This document shows, piece after piece, positions 43,283-53,049 of a stretch of DNA of 64,000 nucleotides. This DNA comes from an uncultured delta proteobacterium (GTDB lineage Bacteria > Myxococcota_A > Polyangia > Fen-1088), in NCBI GenBank assembly GCA_963755125.1, contig CAVWIP010000018.1:192001-256000 (forward strand), in the 5' to 3' direction. Within the stretch, counting starts at the first letter, position 1. Each line of letters starts with the position of its first letter. The notes under the pieces are model-generated. The model was not told the origin of the DNA. It searched no databases and saw only the letters and a program-made list of their open reading frames with translations. The translations under genes and the position numbers were made by a program.

Positions 43283-44454
43283 GGAGCGGACTCCTGCACG
43301 GCGTCCGCAGTGTCCGCCTCGTCGGAATCCAGGGCTTCCGCATCGGGGCTCGGCTCGCCACTGTCGGCTTCCGGCGCATCGGGCGCTCCCGCGTCGGGCA
43401 GCAAGTCCACCAGATGGGCGACCCCGCTGGTCCATGCCACCCCACCGCGGTTGTCGCTCACCACCACGATCATGCGCGCGAAATCCGCGGGGTAGTCTGC
43501 CTGCTTCGGAATGTTCCAGGTGTTGTCCAGGGCCGTGGCGAACTGCGAATTCTGATTGTTCGGATCGCCAAGATAGACGGTGCCCCGGCCGCCCAGTCCG
43601 TTGCCGCCAAAGTCGCCGCACTCGGCGAACCAGTGCATGTTGAGCTGCTCGAAAGGCGCGGTGTTGGGGGGCAAGTAGGGATGTTTAGGATCAAGAGGAG
43701 GCAGCACGGCGTTGGGGTCAGGCAGGAGTTCCGAATCTGATAGAGGCGTGTCGATGCTGACCGGCACGCTGGAGTTGCGCAAAACCGCTTGTGTGCCCGC
43801 CTGATCGAGTGGTTGCTCGACGTTGTCGACCGTGACGCTGATGCCGCCCACCACCGGGTTCAGATTTGGCGCGATGTTGTCATTGACGGGCAGGTACACG
43901 TTGAATACGGCAGGCAAATCCCCGGCCGTGGTGTGCACGACCAAGGCAACTGTGATGGGGAAACCCGCAATCGTGCACGCAAAATTCACGCTCCCGCTCG
44001 CAGTGAGCCCGCCGCTCGCAGCGCCTGCGGCCAAGGCGGGAATCGCGTCCAGGCTATTCTCGCACAGAGAGGCAAGGGTGGCTGCAGGGAAAGGATTGGT
44101 GAACGTCGCGGTCTCGCCCGTGCCAAGGTCAAAGGGCGGGAAGCCGGGAATGCTGGCAAACAACGACTCACCGGCATCTGGACCGACGGGGCACGCGTAG
44201 CCGTCGCTTGCCCTGGTGGCCAGCGGACACCAGGACCAGCTATAGCCGGTCACGCCGACCCCCGCGTCGGCCGACGGCGGCTGGTACACCAGCGCACGGA
44301 GCGTCGTCGATGCACCCAGCGCAGGCTGAGGCGGCTCGGCCTGGATGGCCAGGATGCGCACCTTGTTGAGTAGTGTGGGCGTATTGAAATCGCTGCTGCA
44401 ACCGAACAGGGCCAGTGCAGCGCCGGCCAGCGCAGGAATAGTCTTGCTTCTCAT
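43279..44454 (-). CDS. TBDR-associated lipoprotein
   Basis: LALFGC lipobox, VRILAIQAEPP, VVSDNRGGVAW. Confidence 0.75.
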   Translation of the reverse strand: MRSKTIPALAGAALALFGCSSDFNTPTLLNKVRILAIQAEPPQPALGASTTLRALVYQPPSADAGVGVTGYSWSWCPLATRASDGYACPVGPDAGESLFASIPGFPPFDLGTGETATFTNPFPAATLASLCENSLDAIPALAAGAASGGLTASGSVNFACTIAGFPITVALVVHTTAGDLPAVFNVYLPVNDNIAPNLNPVVGGISVTVDNVEQPLDQAGTQAVLRNSSVPVSIDTPLSDSELLPDPNAVLPPLDPKHPYLPPNTAPFEQLNMHWFAECGDFGGNGLGGRGTVYLGDPNNQNSQFATALDNTWNIPKQADYPADFARMIVVVSDNRGGVAWTSGVAHLVDLLPDAGAPDAPEADSGEPSPDAEALDSDEADTADAVQESAP

Positions 44455-45425
44455 CAGTCGACCAATCGGAAAGAGACGTTGTACTTCAGCGTGGTGGCTG
44501 TGGGAACGCCATTGCGGGTGGCGGGTTCAAATTCGTCGGCCATTGCCGCCTTCTTCGCGGCTTCATTGAACTCGGGATAGGGTGATTCCTTCAGAATCTT
44601 GACTGCAGTCACTTTGCCGGTCTCGTCGATCCACACAATGACCGGAACATCGCCTTCAATCCCCTGGGTCTTCAGGGTGGGCGGAAACTCGGGCTTCACT
44701 TCTTTCTTTCGCTTGGCCTGCGCAAACACCACCCCAGCCACGGGAATCCGCGTGGCTACGGCATTGGCCGTGGGTTTCACCGTGGTGGATCCCTTGTTGA
44801 TGGTCTGCTTGGGCACGTCCTTGGCGAGCGCTGCGGTCTTGTCGGTCTCGCCCATGCGCGTGTTGCCCACGGCAAAGGCCGGCCCCTCGCCTTCGCCCGC
44901 GCCCTCGCCCACCGTCGATTCAAAGCTCAGTCCCACCACCCGCGCCGGCTGCGCCTTGGGCGGCTCCTTGGGCTGCACTTCCGGCTTGGGCAAAGGCGGC
45001 GGCCGGAACGCCACCACGCGCTCGGGCTTCACCTCGGGCTCTGGTTCCTTGGGCGGCGGCGCTTCCTTGGGCTTGGCCTCGTGCTCATGCACCTCGATGG
45101 CCACTTGCTGGCGCGTGACGGTCTTCTGGCTGCTCAATCGGCTGATGCCAAAGGCAGTGACCACGAAGGCCACGTGCAGACCCACGGACACCAGCAGCAC
45201 CAGGATGCCGACCGCCGCGCGCAACCACGACGGCATCCGGTGCAGGCCCCGGTGCGCGTGAAAATCCGACGACAGCGGCACCCGCACGTGCGACATGGCT
45301 CGGGCCTGCGCTTGCTGGCGCCGGCGATCCCTCTTCTCGACGAAGGGGTTACCGTGAAGGCGCGGCCCGCGCCGGGACGGAACTGGCCCAGTCTGCTGGC
45401 GTGAAGAGGGGTGCCCCGTCACCAT
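44454..45425 (-). CDS. tonB: Energy transducer TonB
   Basis: SVGLH (SxxxH) TM, E/K/P-rich linker, TonB_C domain; start could be 45296. Confidence 0.88.
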   Translation of the reverse strand: MVTGHPSSRQQTGPVPSRRGPRLHGNPFVEKRDRRRQQAQARAMSHVRVPLSSDFHAHRGLHRMPSWLRAAVGILVLLVSVGLHVAFVVTAFGISRLSSQKTVTRQQVAIEVHEHEAKPKEAPPPKEPEPEVKPERVVAFRPPPLPKPEVQPKEPPKAQPARVVGLSFESTVGEGAGEGEGPAFAVGNTRMGETDKTAALAKDVPKQTINKGSTTVKPTANAVATRIPVAGVVFAQAKRKKEVKPEFPPTLKTQGIEGDVPVIVWIDETGKVTAVKILKESPYPEFNEAAKKAAMADEFEPATRNGVPTATTLKYNVSFRLVD

Positions 45426-45434
45426 GACCAGCCG

Positions 45435-45869
45435 CTAGTTGCCCTCGGGTAGCGGCGCGCGTTCCACGTCGAGCGCAAAGGCCGTGACCCCGTTGCGTTT
45501 GACCAGATCGATGAGATCCATCACGCGCCCGTATTCCACGCCCTTGTCAGCCCCGATCACCGCCTGCAGCTTGGGATTCGCGTCGTGGCCGTGCTTCACC
45601 TTGACGGCCACTTCCTGCAGGTTGCTCTCTTTCCCATTGAGCAGGAGCCTGCCATCCTTGGTGCACACCAGGTTGACGGTCGATTCCACATGCGCGCCGC
45701 CGGTGGCGGCCTTGGGCAGATTGACCACCATGCTGGCGCGTACGATGGCGGCCGAGGTCAGCATGAAGATGATGAGCAGCACCAGCACGATGTCCACGAA
45801 GGGAATGATGTTGATGCTGGCCAGCGGCCCCTCGTCCTCGCCGTTGCCGTTGCTCAGCGACCCAGCCAT
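45435..45869 (-). CDS. exbD: ExbD/TolR-family protein
   Basis: INIIPFVDIVLVLLIIFM, ADKGVEYG. Confidence 0.92.
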   Translation of the reverse strand: MAGSLSNGNGEDEGPLASINIIPFVDIVLVLLIIFMLTSAAIVRASMVVNLPKAATGGAHVESTVNLVCTKDGRLLLNGKESNLQEVAVKVKHGHDANPKLQAVIGADKGVEYGRVMDLIDLVKRNGVTAFALDVERAPLPEGN

Positions 45870-45878
45870 GGAGGCTCC

Positions 45879-46535
45879 CTACTCGCTCTTCTCGCTGCCC
45901 GCGGCCTTCAGTTCGGCCAGCAGGATGCGCGACAGCGACTCGGTGTTGGTCACCGCGTCCTTCACCATGCCCTTGAACACGTTGTAGGCCACCACCGCCG
46001 GAATCGCTACCAGCAGGCCGATGGCCGTGGCCACCAGCGCCTCGGCGATTCCCGCCATCACGCCCGTGCTGGCACTGGCCATGTCTTTCGACAGATCCTT
46101 GAATGCCCGCACGATGCCCAGCACGGTTCCGAACAGGCCGATGTAGGGCGAATTGGACGCCAGGGTCGCCAGGATGGACAGGCGCCGCTCGTAGAAGCTT
46201 TTCTCGCGCGACATCGCCCCGGTCAGAAGATCCTCGACGGACTCCGGCCCCTTGGCGTAGCCGCGCAGGCCGGCCAGCACCACGTTGGTTTCCAGGCTAT
46301 CGGTCTTGGCCAGCAGCTTGGCCGCCGCCTCGAAGTCGCCCTTGTCCAAGTGCTTGGCGAATTCTTCGCGCAAGGAATCGAAGTCGACCTTGCGCCGCCG
46401 GTAGAAAATCCAGCGTTCCACCATGACCGCAACCGACAGCAGCGACAGCCCGAGCAGGAGCCAGAGCACCCACTCGGAGCGAAAAACCGGCAGGGACAGG
46501 AGTTTCTGGACTAGGCCTTCAGGAGAGGGGGTCAT
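45879..46535 (-). CDS. exbB: MotA/TolQ/ExbB proton channel protein
   Basis: SPYIGLFGTVLGI, GIAEALVATAIGLLVAIPA. Confidence 0.92.
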   Translation of the reverse strand: MTPSPEGLVQKLLSLPVFRSEWVLWLLLGLSLLSVAVMVERWIFYRRRKVDFDSLREEFAKHLDKGDFEAAAKLLAKTDSLETNVVLAGLRGYAKGPESVEDLLTGAMSREKSFYERRLSILATLASNSPYIGLFGTVLGIVRAFKDLSKDMASASTGVMAGIAEALVATAIGLLVAIPAVVAYNVFKGMVKDAVTNTESLSRILLAELKAAGSEKSE

Positions 46536-46685
46536 GACGACCTCAGATGACACCGCATGGGCAGGTTTCTGTCACCCAGTGGGCCATGACGCAAGAGCGA
46601 CCGCGTCGCGTGGCTCCCTCGGTGACAATCCGGTGACGATCCGCCTGTTGACGGCGCCGCACAGCACACGTAGCGTTCGCCGGCC

Positions 46686-49061
46686 ATGTCCTCTCACATG
46701 CTTGTCATTGTGCGGAGCTTTCCCGGGCACCACCCCACGCACCGAATTTTCTTCGCAGCTCTGCTCCTCTTGGCAAGCGCGTTCTCCACCGTGGCGCGCG
46801 CCGAGCCGCAAAGCCTCATCGCAGGGAAGCTGCCCATCCGCAGCGAGGGCGTGAAGAACGTGAGCCGCTTGACCGACGGTGTTTACGGCAACGAGGGCGA
46901 CGAGTGGCTCACCGATGTGACATCGCGCTTTCTTTCGGCGCGATCCTTCGTCGAATACGACCTGGGCGCCGAGCGGCCTATTCGCTGCGCCCTGGCCCAG
47001 GCCGACAACAACGATGTGTACATCCTCTCGGGCTCGCTGGATGGTGAAAGCTGGCAGCCCTTGTGGCGAGTGGGGGCCGAGACGGGCGCTGGCATGCGAC
47101 TGCGCAACCAGAAACTGGAGACCAGCGCGCGCTACGTGCGACTCTCCGCCACCGGAGGCGATGCCCTTTACAGCGTGAGTGAGATCGCCCTGTACAGCGA
47201 GTGCCCGGCCATCTGGCCGCCGTCCGAACTGGTGCGGACCCGCGGCGTGACAGTGGCCGACACGGTCGCCACCAAGGCGGTCGTCTTCGGGATCTTCGCC
47301 GCCTTCTTCCTGCTGGTCCATCGTCGCAGGGCCGGGCGCATTCACTATGTCTTGCTTCTGCCGGCGGTGGCGGCGGGCTGGATGCTGGCCGTCGAGCTGG
47401 CACGCCTGTACCCTTTTATCGATCAAGAGCCGACCTTGCGCGGCTTGCTCGCCGCACTGGTTGCCTTGCTGGCGATCAAGGAGGCCTTCTTCAGCGAGGC
47501 GGCGGCGCCCCATCGGAGAGTGGTGCTGGGCACCTTGGGCTTCTGCGCGGTGGCGGCCTTTTTCACCTACTGCCACTTCGGGACGCCGCAGTTCTTCGAC
47601 GAGGCCAAGGGCCGGCGCACCTTCGTGCACACCTGGGCCATGCGCAACGACTTCCCCACGGCGAAGTACTTCCGCGAGCTGCGCTTCGATGGGCTGTATC
47701 TCGCCAGCCTGGCGGCCTACGCGGAGGACACCCCGGGCTTTGGCCCTGATCGGCTGGCCAGCGTGCGCGTGCGCGATCTGCGCGACAACCAGATGCGCAT
47801 GAGCAGTGAACTATCGGGCGAAATGTCCAGGGTGCGCGCGCGCTTCACCCCCGAACGCTGGCAGGAATTCAGGCGCGACATGAAGTACTTCGCCGACAGC
47901 ATGGGCGAGGCGGACTTCATGGCCGGCCTGCAGGAGCACGGGGGCGACGCCACGCCAGCGTGGATCCTGCCGGCCTATCTGCTTTTCAGCCACCTGCCCG
48001 CCAGCGAAGCAACCCTGACCGCCACCGGGCTCATCGATCCGCTGCTCATCCTGCTGCTCTTCTTCGTCATCGCGCGCACCTTCGGACTGCGCGTGATGCT
48101 CTACCTGGCGGTGCTGTGGGGGTCGAGCGACTTCTACACCCTCGGGACGAACCTGCTGGGCGCGACCTTGCGCCAGGATTGGCTGGTGGCCCTCGGGTTC
48201 GGGGTCTGCGCGCTGAAATCACGGCGCCTGTTTCTCGGCGGTGTTCTTCTCGCCTACGCGGCTCTGGTGCGCGTGTACCCCAGCGAGGCAACCCTGTTCC
48301 TGGCCGTGCCCATCATGTGGTTTGCCGTCGACACCTGGCGCGAGCACCGGCGGCTCCCGCGCCTGGCGGAGCTTCGCGCAGCCCAGGGTCCCGCCCTGCG
48401 CGCGCTGGCCGGCGTGGCCGCGTGCGTGGTGGGCGCGTTGCTTTTCACTTCAGTCCTGTTCGGGGCGGGAGACACCTGGGGCGCCTGGAAGCACAAGACC
48501 GAGATCCACGAGAGCATCCCCAGCTCGAACAAAGTGGGGTTGCGCAACGTCGTGGCCTTTCGTGCCGATCTCTCGGCCGCAAGTCTGATACAAAGCGGGA
48601 CCAACGATCTTTGGCGCGACTGGGAACGCCACCAGAGTTCGACCTTCTCGGCCCGCCAGCCGTTGTACTACCTGGCACTCCTCGTCGCCATAGCCTTGGC
48701 CCTGCTCGCGTGCCGAGGCCGCAGCCTGGAACAGGTGTGCCTCATCGGCCTGCTGCTGGTCCCGTTCTATTCCTATCTACCCAACACCTACTGCCATTTC
48801 GTGTTTCTCTTGCCGCTGGCGGTTGCCGTGGCCGGAGCAGAGGCCGAGCGCGACCGCAACTTCGCGCTGGTCGTCGTCCTGCTCGCGCTTCTGGCCGTGG
48901 GCCAGGCCTTCACTGCGGCCGAGCAGTGGGCCGACCTGCGCTACACCGACCAGAGCGATCTGCTGCTCGTGGCGTTCACCCTGATCCTGATCCACTGGGC
49001 GCGCCAGTCCTGGCGTGCAGCGCCCCTGTCGAAGAAGGAGCAGGAGAGCAAGACGGGCTGA
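46686..49061 (+). CDS. Discoidin (F5/8 type C)-like domain plus polytopic GT-C-like membrane protein
   Basis: LTDG..VEYDLG..SLDGESW..ARYVRL..SEIALY, followed by about 12 TM segments; start uncertain. Confidence 0.65.
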   Translation: MSSHMLVIVRSFPGHHPTHRIFFAALLLLASAFSTVARAEPQSLIAGKLPIRSEGVKNVSRLTDGVYGNEGDEWLTDVTSRFLSARSFVEYDLGAERPIRCALAQADNNDVYILSGSLDGESWQPLWRVGAETGAGMRLRNQKLETSARYVRLSATGGDALYSVSEIALYSECPAIWPPSELVRTRGVTVADTVATKAVVFGIFAAFFLLVHRRRAGRIHYVLLLPAVAAGWMLAVELARLYPFIDQEPTLRGLLAALVALLAIKEAFFSEAAAPHRRVVLGTLGFCAVAAFFTYCHFGTPQFFDEAKGRRTFVHTWAMRNDFPTAKYFRELRFDGLYLASLAAYAEDTPGFGPDRLASVRVRDLRDNQMRMSSELSGEMSRVRARFTPERWQEFRRDMKYFADSMGEADFMAGLQEHGGDATPAWILPAYLLFSHLPASEATLTATGLIDPLLILLLFFVIARTFGLRVMLYLAVLWGSSDFYTLGTNLLGATLRQDWLVALGFGVCALKSRRLFLGGVLLAYAALVRVYPSEATLFLAVPIMWFAVDTWREHRRLPRLAELRAAQGPALRALAGVAACVVGALLFTSVLFGAGDTWGAWKHKTEIHESIPSSNKVGLRNVVAFRADLSAASLIQSGTNDLWRDWERHQSSTFSARQPLYYLALLVAIALALLACRGRSLEQVCLIGLLLVPFYSYLPNTYCHFVFLLPLAVAVAGAEAERDRNFALVVVLLALLAVGQAFTAAEQWADLRYTDQSDLLLVAFTLILIHWARQSWRAAPLSKKEQESKTG

Positions 49062-49142
49062 GCGGATCTCCCGACCTGCAGTCTACCCCACTCGGTCGCA
49101 ACATCACTTGCACCCGACCTTCACAGGCCCGATCCTGGGAGG

Positions 49143-50360
49143 ATGCAGATCCCCATCGTTCGGCTGGCGCTCGGCGATGCCGAGGTCGAGGCCGCCAGCA
49201 GGGTCATTCGTTCGGGCTGGGTTGCCCAGGGCCCGGAAGTGGCGGCTTTCGAGCGCGAGTTGGCCGCGGCCGTGGGCGCTCCATTTGCGGTGGCTGTGGC
49301 CAATTGCACCGCGGCGCTGGAGCTTTCCCTGCGCGTGGCCGGTGTGCAGCCAGGCGACGACGTGGCCACGGTCAGCCATAGCTTCATCGCCACCGCCAAC
49401 GCAGTGGTGGCGGTCGGGGCGCGACCCATCTTCGTCGACGTCCAGCCCGATAGCTACAGCATGGACTCGGTTGCGCTCGCACGCGCGATCACGCCGCGCA
49501 CGCGCGCCATCTTGTGTGTGCACCAGATCGGCTTCCCTTGCGATCTGCCCGCCATCCTAGCCATCGCGCAGTCACGCGGCTTGCCCGTCATCGAGGACGC
49601 CGCCTGCGCCATCGGCAGTGAGATCCGCATCGACGGCGACTGGCAGCGCATTGGCCGACCCCACGGCCTGCTGGCCTGCTTCTCGTTTCATCCGCGCAAG
49701 CTGATCACGACTGGTGACGGCGGCACGATCACCACGTCCGACCCGTCGCTGGCCGAGCGCCTGCGTTCGCTGCGCCAGCACGCCATGTCGCAAAGCCCGC
49801 CGTTTCCCACGCGACCACCCAGCACGGCTCGCCACTCGAGCGACCACGTGACGCTGGAAAGTTTCTCCGAACCAGCTTTCAATTTCCGCATGACCGACCT
49901 GCAGGCCGCCGTGGGCCGGCCGCAGTTGGCGCGCCTGTCCGCCATCATCGCCGAGCGGCGCGCGCTGGCGGCGCGCTACACCGAGGCTTTGGCCAGCCAT
50001 CCGCTGCTGGCTCCGCCGGCCGAGCCGGCGTGGGTGCGAAGCAATTGGCAAAGTTACCCGGTCACCTTGCGCACAGGCGGGCGCGTGTCACAGGTTGCGA
50101 TCATGCAGTTCTTGCTCGACCGCGGCGTGGCCAGCAGGCGTGGCATCGGCAACGCCCACGCCGAGCCGGCCTACGCCAAGTGCGCGTGGTCGTGCGGCCC
50201 AGAGCCCTGCGATCCCGCAGCCCACGCGGCAGGCCGCTGCTTGCGCTTGTCCGTCTCGGAACGCGCTCGCGACAACACCATTCTCTTGCCCCTGTTCCAC
50301 GGCATGTCGCCCGCGGAGCAGGATTACGTCATGGCCAGCCTGCACGCTCTGCCGAGGTGA
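49143..50360 (+). CDS. DegT/DnrJ/EryC1/StrS PLP-dependent sugar aminotransferase
   Basis: IEDAAC, SFHPRKLITTGDGG, NFRMTD. Confidence 0.92.
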   Translation: MQIPIVRLALGDAEVEAASRVIRSGWVAQGPEVAAFERELAAAVGAPFAVAVANCTAALELSLRVAGVQPGDDVATVSHSFIATANAVVAVGARPIFVDVQPDSYSMDSVALARAITPRTRAILCVHQIGFPCDLPAILAIAQSRGLPVIEDAACAIGSEIRIDGDWQRIGRPHGLLACFSFHPRKLITTGDGGTITTSDPSLAERLRSLRQHAMSQSPPFPTRPPSTARHSSDHVTLESFSEPAFNFRMTDLQAAVGRPQLARLSAIIAERRALAARYTEALASHPLLAPPAEPAWVRSNWQSYPVTLRTGGRVSQVAIMQFLLDRGVASRRGIGNAHAEPAYAKCAWSCGPEPCDPAAHAAGRCLRLSVSERARDNTILLPLFHGMSPAEQDYVMASLHALPR

Positions 50361-50390
50361 AAAGCCGAATTTCCGAAGAGCGGCAAGAAA

Positions 50391-50451
50391 TCGTGGTCGT
50401 GGACGTGGTCGACAGTGAGCACTCCGACCACGTCCACGTCTACGACCACGA
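50391..50451. repeat. Intergenic stem-loop built from 6-bp units (tcgtgg/acgtgg)
   Basis: Left arm tcgtggtcgtggacgtggtcg (50391-50411); right arm cgaccacgtccacg[tctacg]accacga (50425-50451). Confidence 0.8.
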
Positions 50452-50493
50452 CCTCCTGCGACTGTTGCGGGATTGGGGTACACTGCAGCCCTC

Positions 50494-51759
50494 ATGCTCG
50501 ACATCAGACTTATCAGAGAGAAGCCCGACGAGGTGCGCGCGGGTTTTGCCAAGCTCGGCTCCGCCGTGGATCTGGATGCGGTGCTGGCGCTCGACCAGAC
50601 GGTGCGCAGGCTGAAGAACGATTCCCAGACCATCCAGGCCGACCAGAACCGCCTGTCGCGTGAGATTGCCAAGGCGCCGACGCCGCAGGCGCGTGAGGAG
50701 GCGAAGGCCAAGGGCGCTGCGCTCAAGCAGAAGATCGAATCCCTGGCCGCCGAACTGGCGCAGCAGGAACAGGCCCTGGACGACAAGCTGCTCGAACTGC
50801 CCAACCTGCCCCACCCCACGGTTCCCGTGGGCAAGGACGAAAGCGAAAACCGTGTGCTGCGTGAAGAAGGCGTCAAGCGCAGCTACGCGTTTGCGCCCCA
50901 GCCGCACTGGGATCTTGGCCCGCGCTTGGGCATCCTGGACTTCGACCGTGGCGTGAAGATCTCCGGGTCGCGCTTCTACATCCTCAAAGACTGGGGCGCG
51001 CGCCTGCAACGGGCGCTCATCAGCTTCATGCTGGACCTGCACACCAGCCGCCACGGCTACAGCGAGATCCTGCCGCCCTACATGGTCCGGCGCGAAGCCC
51101 TGGTGGGCACCGGCAACCTGCCCAAGTTCGGCGACAACCTGTACCACGACGCCATCGAGGATTTCTGGTTCATTCCCACCGCCGAGGTGCCGGTGACCAA
51201 CCTGTATCGCGACGAGATCCTGGAGGGCGACAAGCTGCCCATCAAGCACGTGGCCTACACCGCCTGCTTCCGGCGCGAGCAGATGGCCGCCGGTCGCGAC
51301 ACCCGCGGCATCAAGCGCGGCCACCAGTTCGACAAGGTCGAGCTGGTCAAGTTCGTGCGCCCGGAATCGTCGCTGGACGAGCTGCAGGGTCTGCTCGCCG
51401 ACGCCGAGGACGTTCTCAAGGCGCTGGAGCTGCCCTACCGGCTGGTGGAAATGTGTACCGGCGACCTGTCGTTCTCGGCCATGGTCAAGTTCGACCTGGA
51501 ATTGTGGGCCCCGGGCTGCGGGGAATGGCTGGAGGTCAGCTCCTGTTCCGCCTTTGGCGACTTCCAGGCCCGGCGGGCCAAGATCCGCTTCCGCGACGGC
51601 CAGGAGAAGACCCGTTTCGTGCACACCCTGAACGGCTCCGGCCTGGCCCTGCCCCGCACCCTGGTCGGGGTGCTGGAAACCTACCAGCGGGCAGACGGGA
51701 GACTGGACGTACCGGCGGTTCTTCGACCATACTTCGGGGGACGCGACGTTCTGGGATAA
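50494..51759 (+). CDS. serS: Serine--tRNA ligase
   Basis: MLDIRLIR, PTAEVP, FRRE, RGHQFDKVE, EVSSCS, HTLNGSGLA. Confidence 0.97.
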   Translation: MLDIRLIREKPDEVRAGFAKLGSAVDLDAVLALDQTVRRLKNDSQTIQADQNRLSREIAKAPTPQAREEAKAKGAALKQKIESLAAELAQQEQALDDKLLELPNLPHPTVPVGKDESENRVLREEGVKRSYAFAPQPHWDLGPRLGILDFDRGVKISGSRFYILKDWGARLQRALISFMLDLHTSRHGYSEILPPYMVRREALVGTGNLPKFGDNLYHDAIEDFWFIPTAEVPVTNLYRDEILEGDKLPIKHVAYTACFRREQMAAGRDTRGIKRGHQFDKVELVKFVRPESSLDELQGLLADAEDVLKALELPYRLVEMCTGDLSFSAMVKFDLELWAPGCGEWLEVSSCSAFGDFQARRAKIRFRDGQEKTRFVHTLNGSGLALPRTLVGVLETYQRADGRLDVPAVLRPYFGGRDVLG

Positions 51760-51765
51760 ACGGAC

Positions 51766-52638
51766 TTGGAAGGCAAACCGCTTGCTCTTGCCGTGCTCCT
51801 GGCTGGCGCCCTGGCCGTCGGCATCGGTGTGTTCGTGCTACATGCCGCCAGCGCGCCGCCGCCGACGCCCGAGCGCCCGCGGCCGCCGCCCCCTGCCGCG
51901 GTGATGGTCCATTCCGACATGCGCTTCTCACCTGTCTACTACCGCACCTTGATCGAGCAGGACTCCAAGGCCTATGGAATCCCGGCCCCGGCCTGGGACG
52001 ACATCACGCAGCCCAACCCGTATTTCGATGAGCTGAAGGAGAAGCAGCACCTTCGTATTAAGGCCCCCATCGAAACCCGCCACCTCCGGATATCGATGGA
52101 GATCAGCAAGGTTCCCTCGGTCATCGGCGGCCAGGCCCTGAGCGCGGATCACCTGGTTCTGCGCATCGAGAACCGGACGCCGGTCTATCTCGCGTACCGC
52201 ATCCAGACCAGCGTGCCGGACAAGCGCAAGTGCTCGAGCAAGGGCGAGATTCCACACAACGCCGTGGCCATCGGGCCGAACCAGACCATCCTGCGAACCG
52301 AATGTTTGTATCGCAAGGATGAGTCCGTCGATGTGAATCGCATCGAGGTGGTGGAGATGCCAGCGCTATCCGCCTACTACGTGTCACGTCTTCCGCCCAA
52401 CGCGACCCTCTACGACCCGCGCACCTTTACCGGTCATGTGGGGTTTCGCGGCCAGGACAGCTGCCAGCAGACCTTTTCGTGGCGCGAAATCAAGGATGGC
52501 GTGGACGCCAAGCAGTTCGAATGGAAGGACGTCATCGACTTCTACGCCCGCCACAACTGCAGCGAATACTCGTTTTTCAAGACCTATCGCTACCGGACCG
52601 ACACCAACGCCCCCTTGCCTGCACGCCCTCTCGACTAG
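51766..52638 (+). CDS. Hypothetical membrane-anchored protein
   Basis: N-terminal TM, Pro linker, Cys-containing domain ending DFYARHNC; coding-like codon usage. Confidence 0.7.
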   Translation: MEGKPLALAVLLAGALAVGIGVFVLHAASAPPPTPERPRPPPPAAVMVHSDMRFSPVYYRTLIEQDSKAYGIPAPAWDDITQPNPYFDELKEKQHLRIKAPIETRHLRISMEISKVPSVIGGQALSADHLVLRIENRTPVYLAYRIQTSVPDKRKCSSKGEIPHNAVAIGPNQTILRTECLYRKDESVDVNRIEVVEMPALSAYYVSRLPPNATLYDPRTFTGHVGFRGQDSCQQTFSWREIKDGVDAKQFEWKDVIDFYARHNCSEYSFFKTYRYRTDTNAPLPARPLD

Positions 52639-52674
52639 AGGCAGGCTTTTGGTTAGATTATACACCCTGTGACT

Positions 52675-53001
52675 ATGACCAAAGCCGACCTCATCGCCGT
52701 CATCGCGGACAAGCTCAAGTTCCCCTGGGCGCGCGCAGAGCTGCTGGTCGATCAGATCTTCTTGTCCATGTCGGACGCTCTCATGCGCGGCGAGGGCATC
52801 GAGATCCGAGGCTTCGGCAGCTTCACCGTGCGTCAGTACCGCGCGTACGACGGTCGCAACCCTCGCACCGGTGCCACCGTCCACGTCAAGCCCAAGCGTC
52901 TGGCTTTCTTTAAGGTGGGCAAGGAGCTGCGCGAGCGCGTGAACGATCGGCGACGTTCCATCGATGCGCCGGCGGCGTCCGAACCGGCGAAGCTGGCATG
53001 A
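52675..53001 (+). CDS. HU/IHF-family DNA-binding protein (IHF beta-like)
   Basis: MTKADLI, IEIRGFGSF, GRNPRTG, FKVGKELRERV. Confidence 0.93.
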   Translation: MTKADLIAVIADKLKFPWARAELLVDQIFLSMSDALMRGEGIEIRGFGSFTVRQYRAYDGRNPRTGATVHVKPKRLAFFKVGKELRERVNDRRRSIDAPAASEPAKLA

Positions 53002-53003
53002 TG

Positions 53004-53027
53004 GTAGGGGCGACCTGCGGTCGCCCC
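53004..53027 (+). repeat. GTAG-type REP-like palindrome between convergent genes
   Basis: GTAG-GGGCGACC-tgc-GGTCGCCC; could also serve as a terminator hairpin. Confidence 0.55.
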
Positions 53028-53049
53028 GGTCCCCGCCGGTCACGGGAAG

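Noticed and set aside
50357..50493. His/Asp-rich peptide (VVVDVVDSEHSDHVHVYDHD)
   Set aside because: A translation by-product of the hexamer inverted repeat; the frame runs on out of frame into serS.
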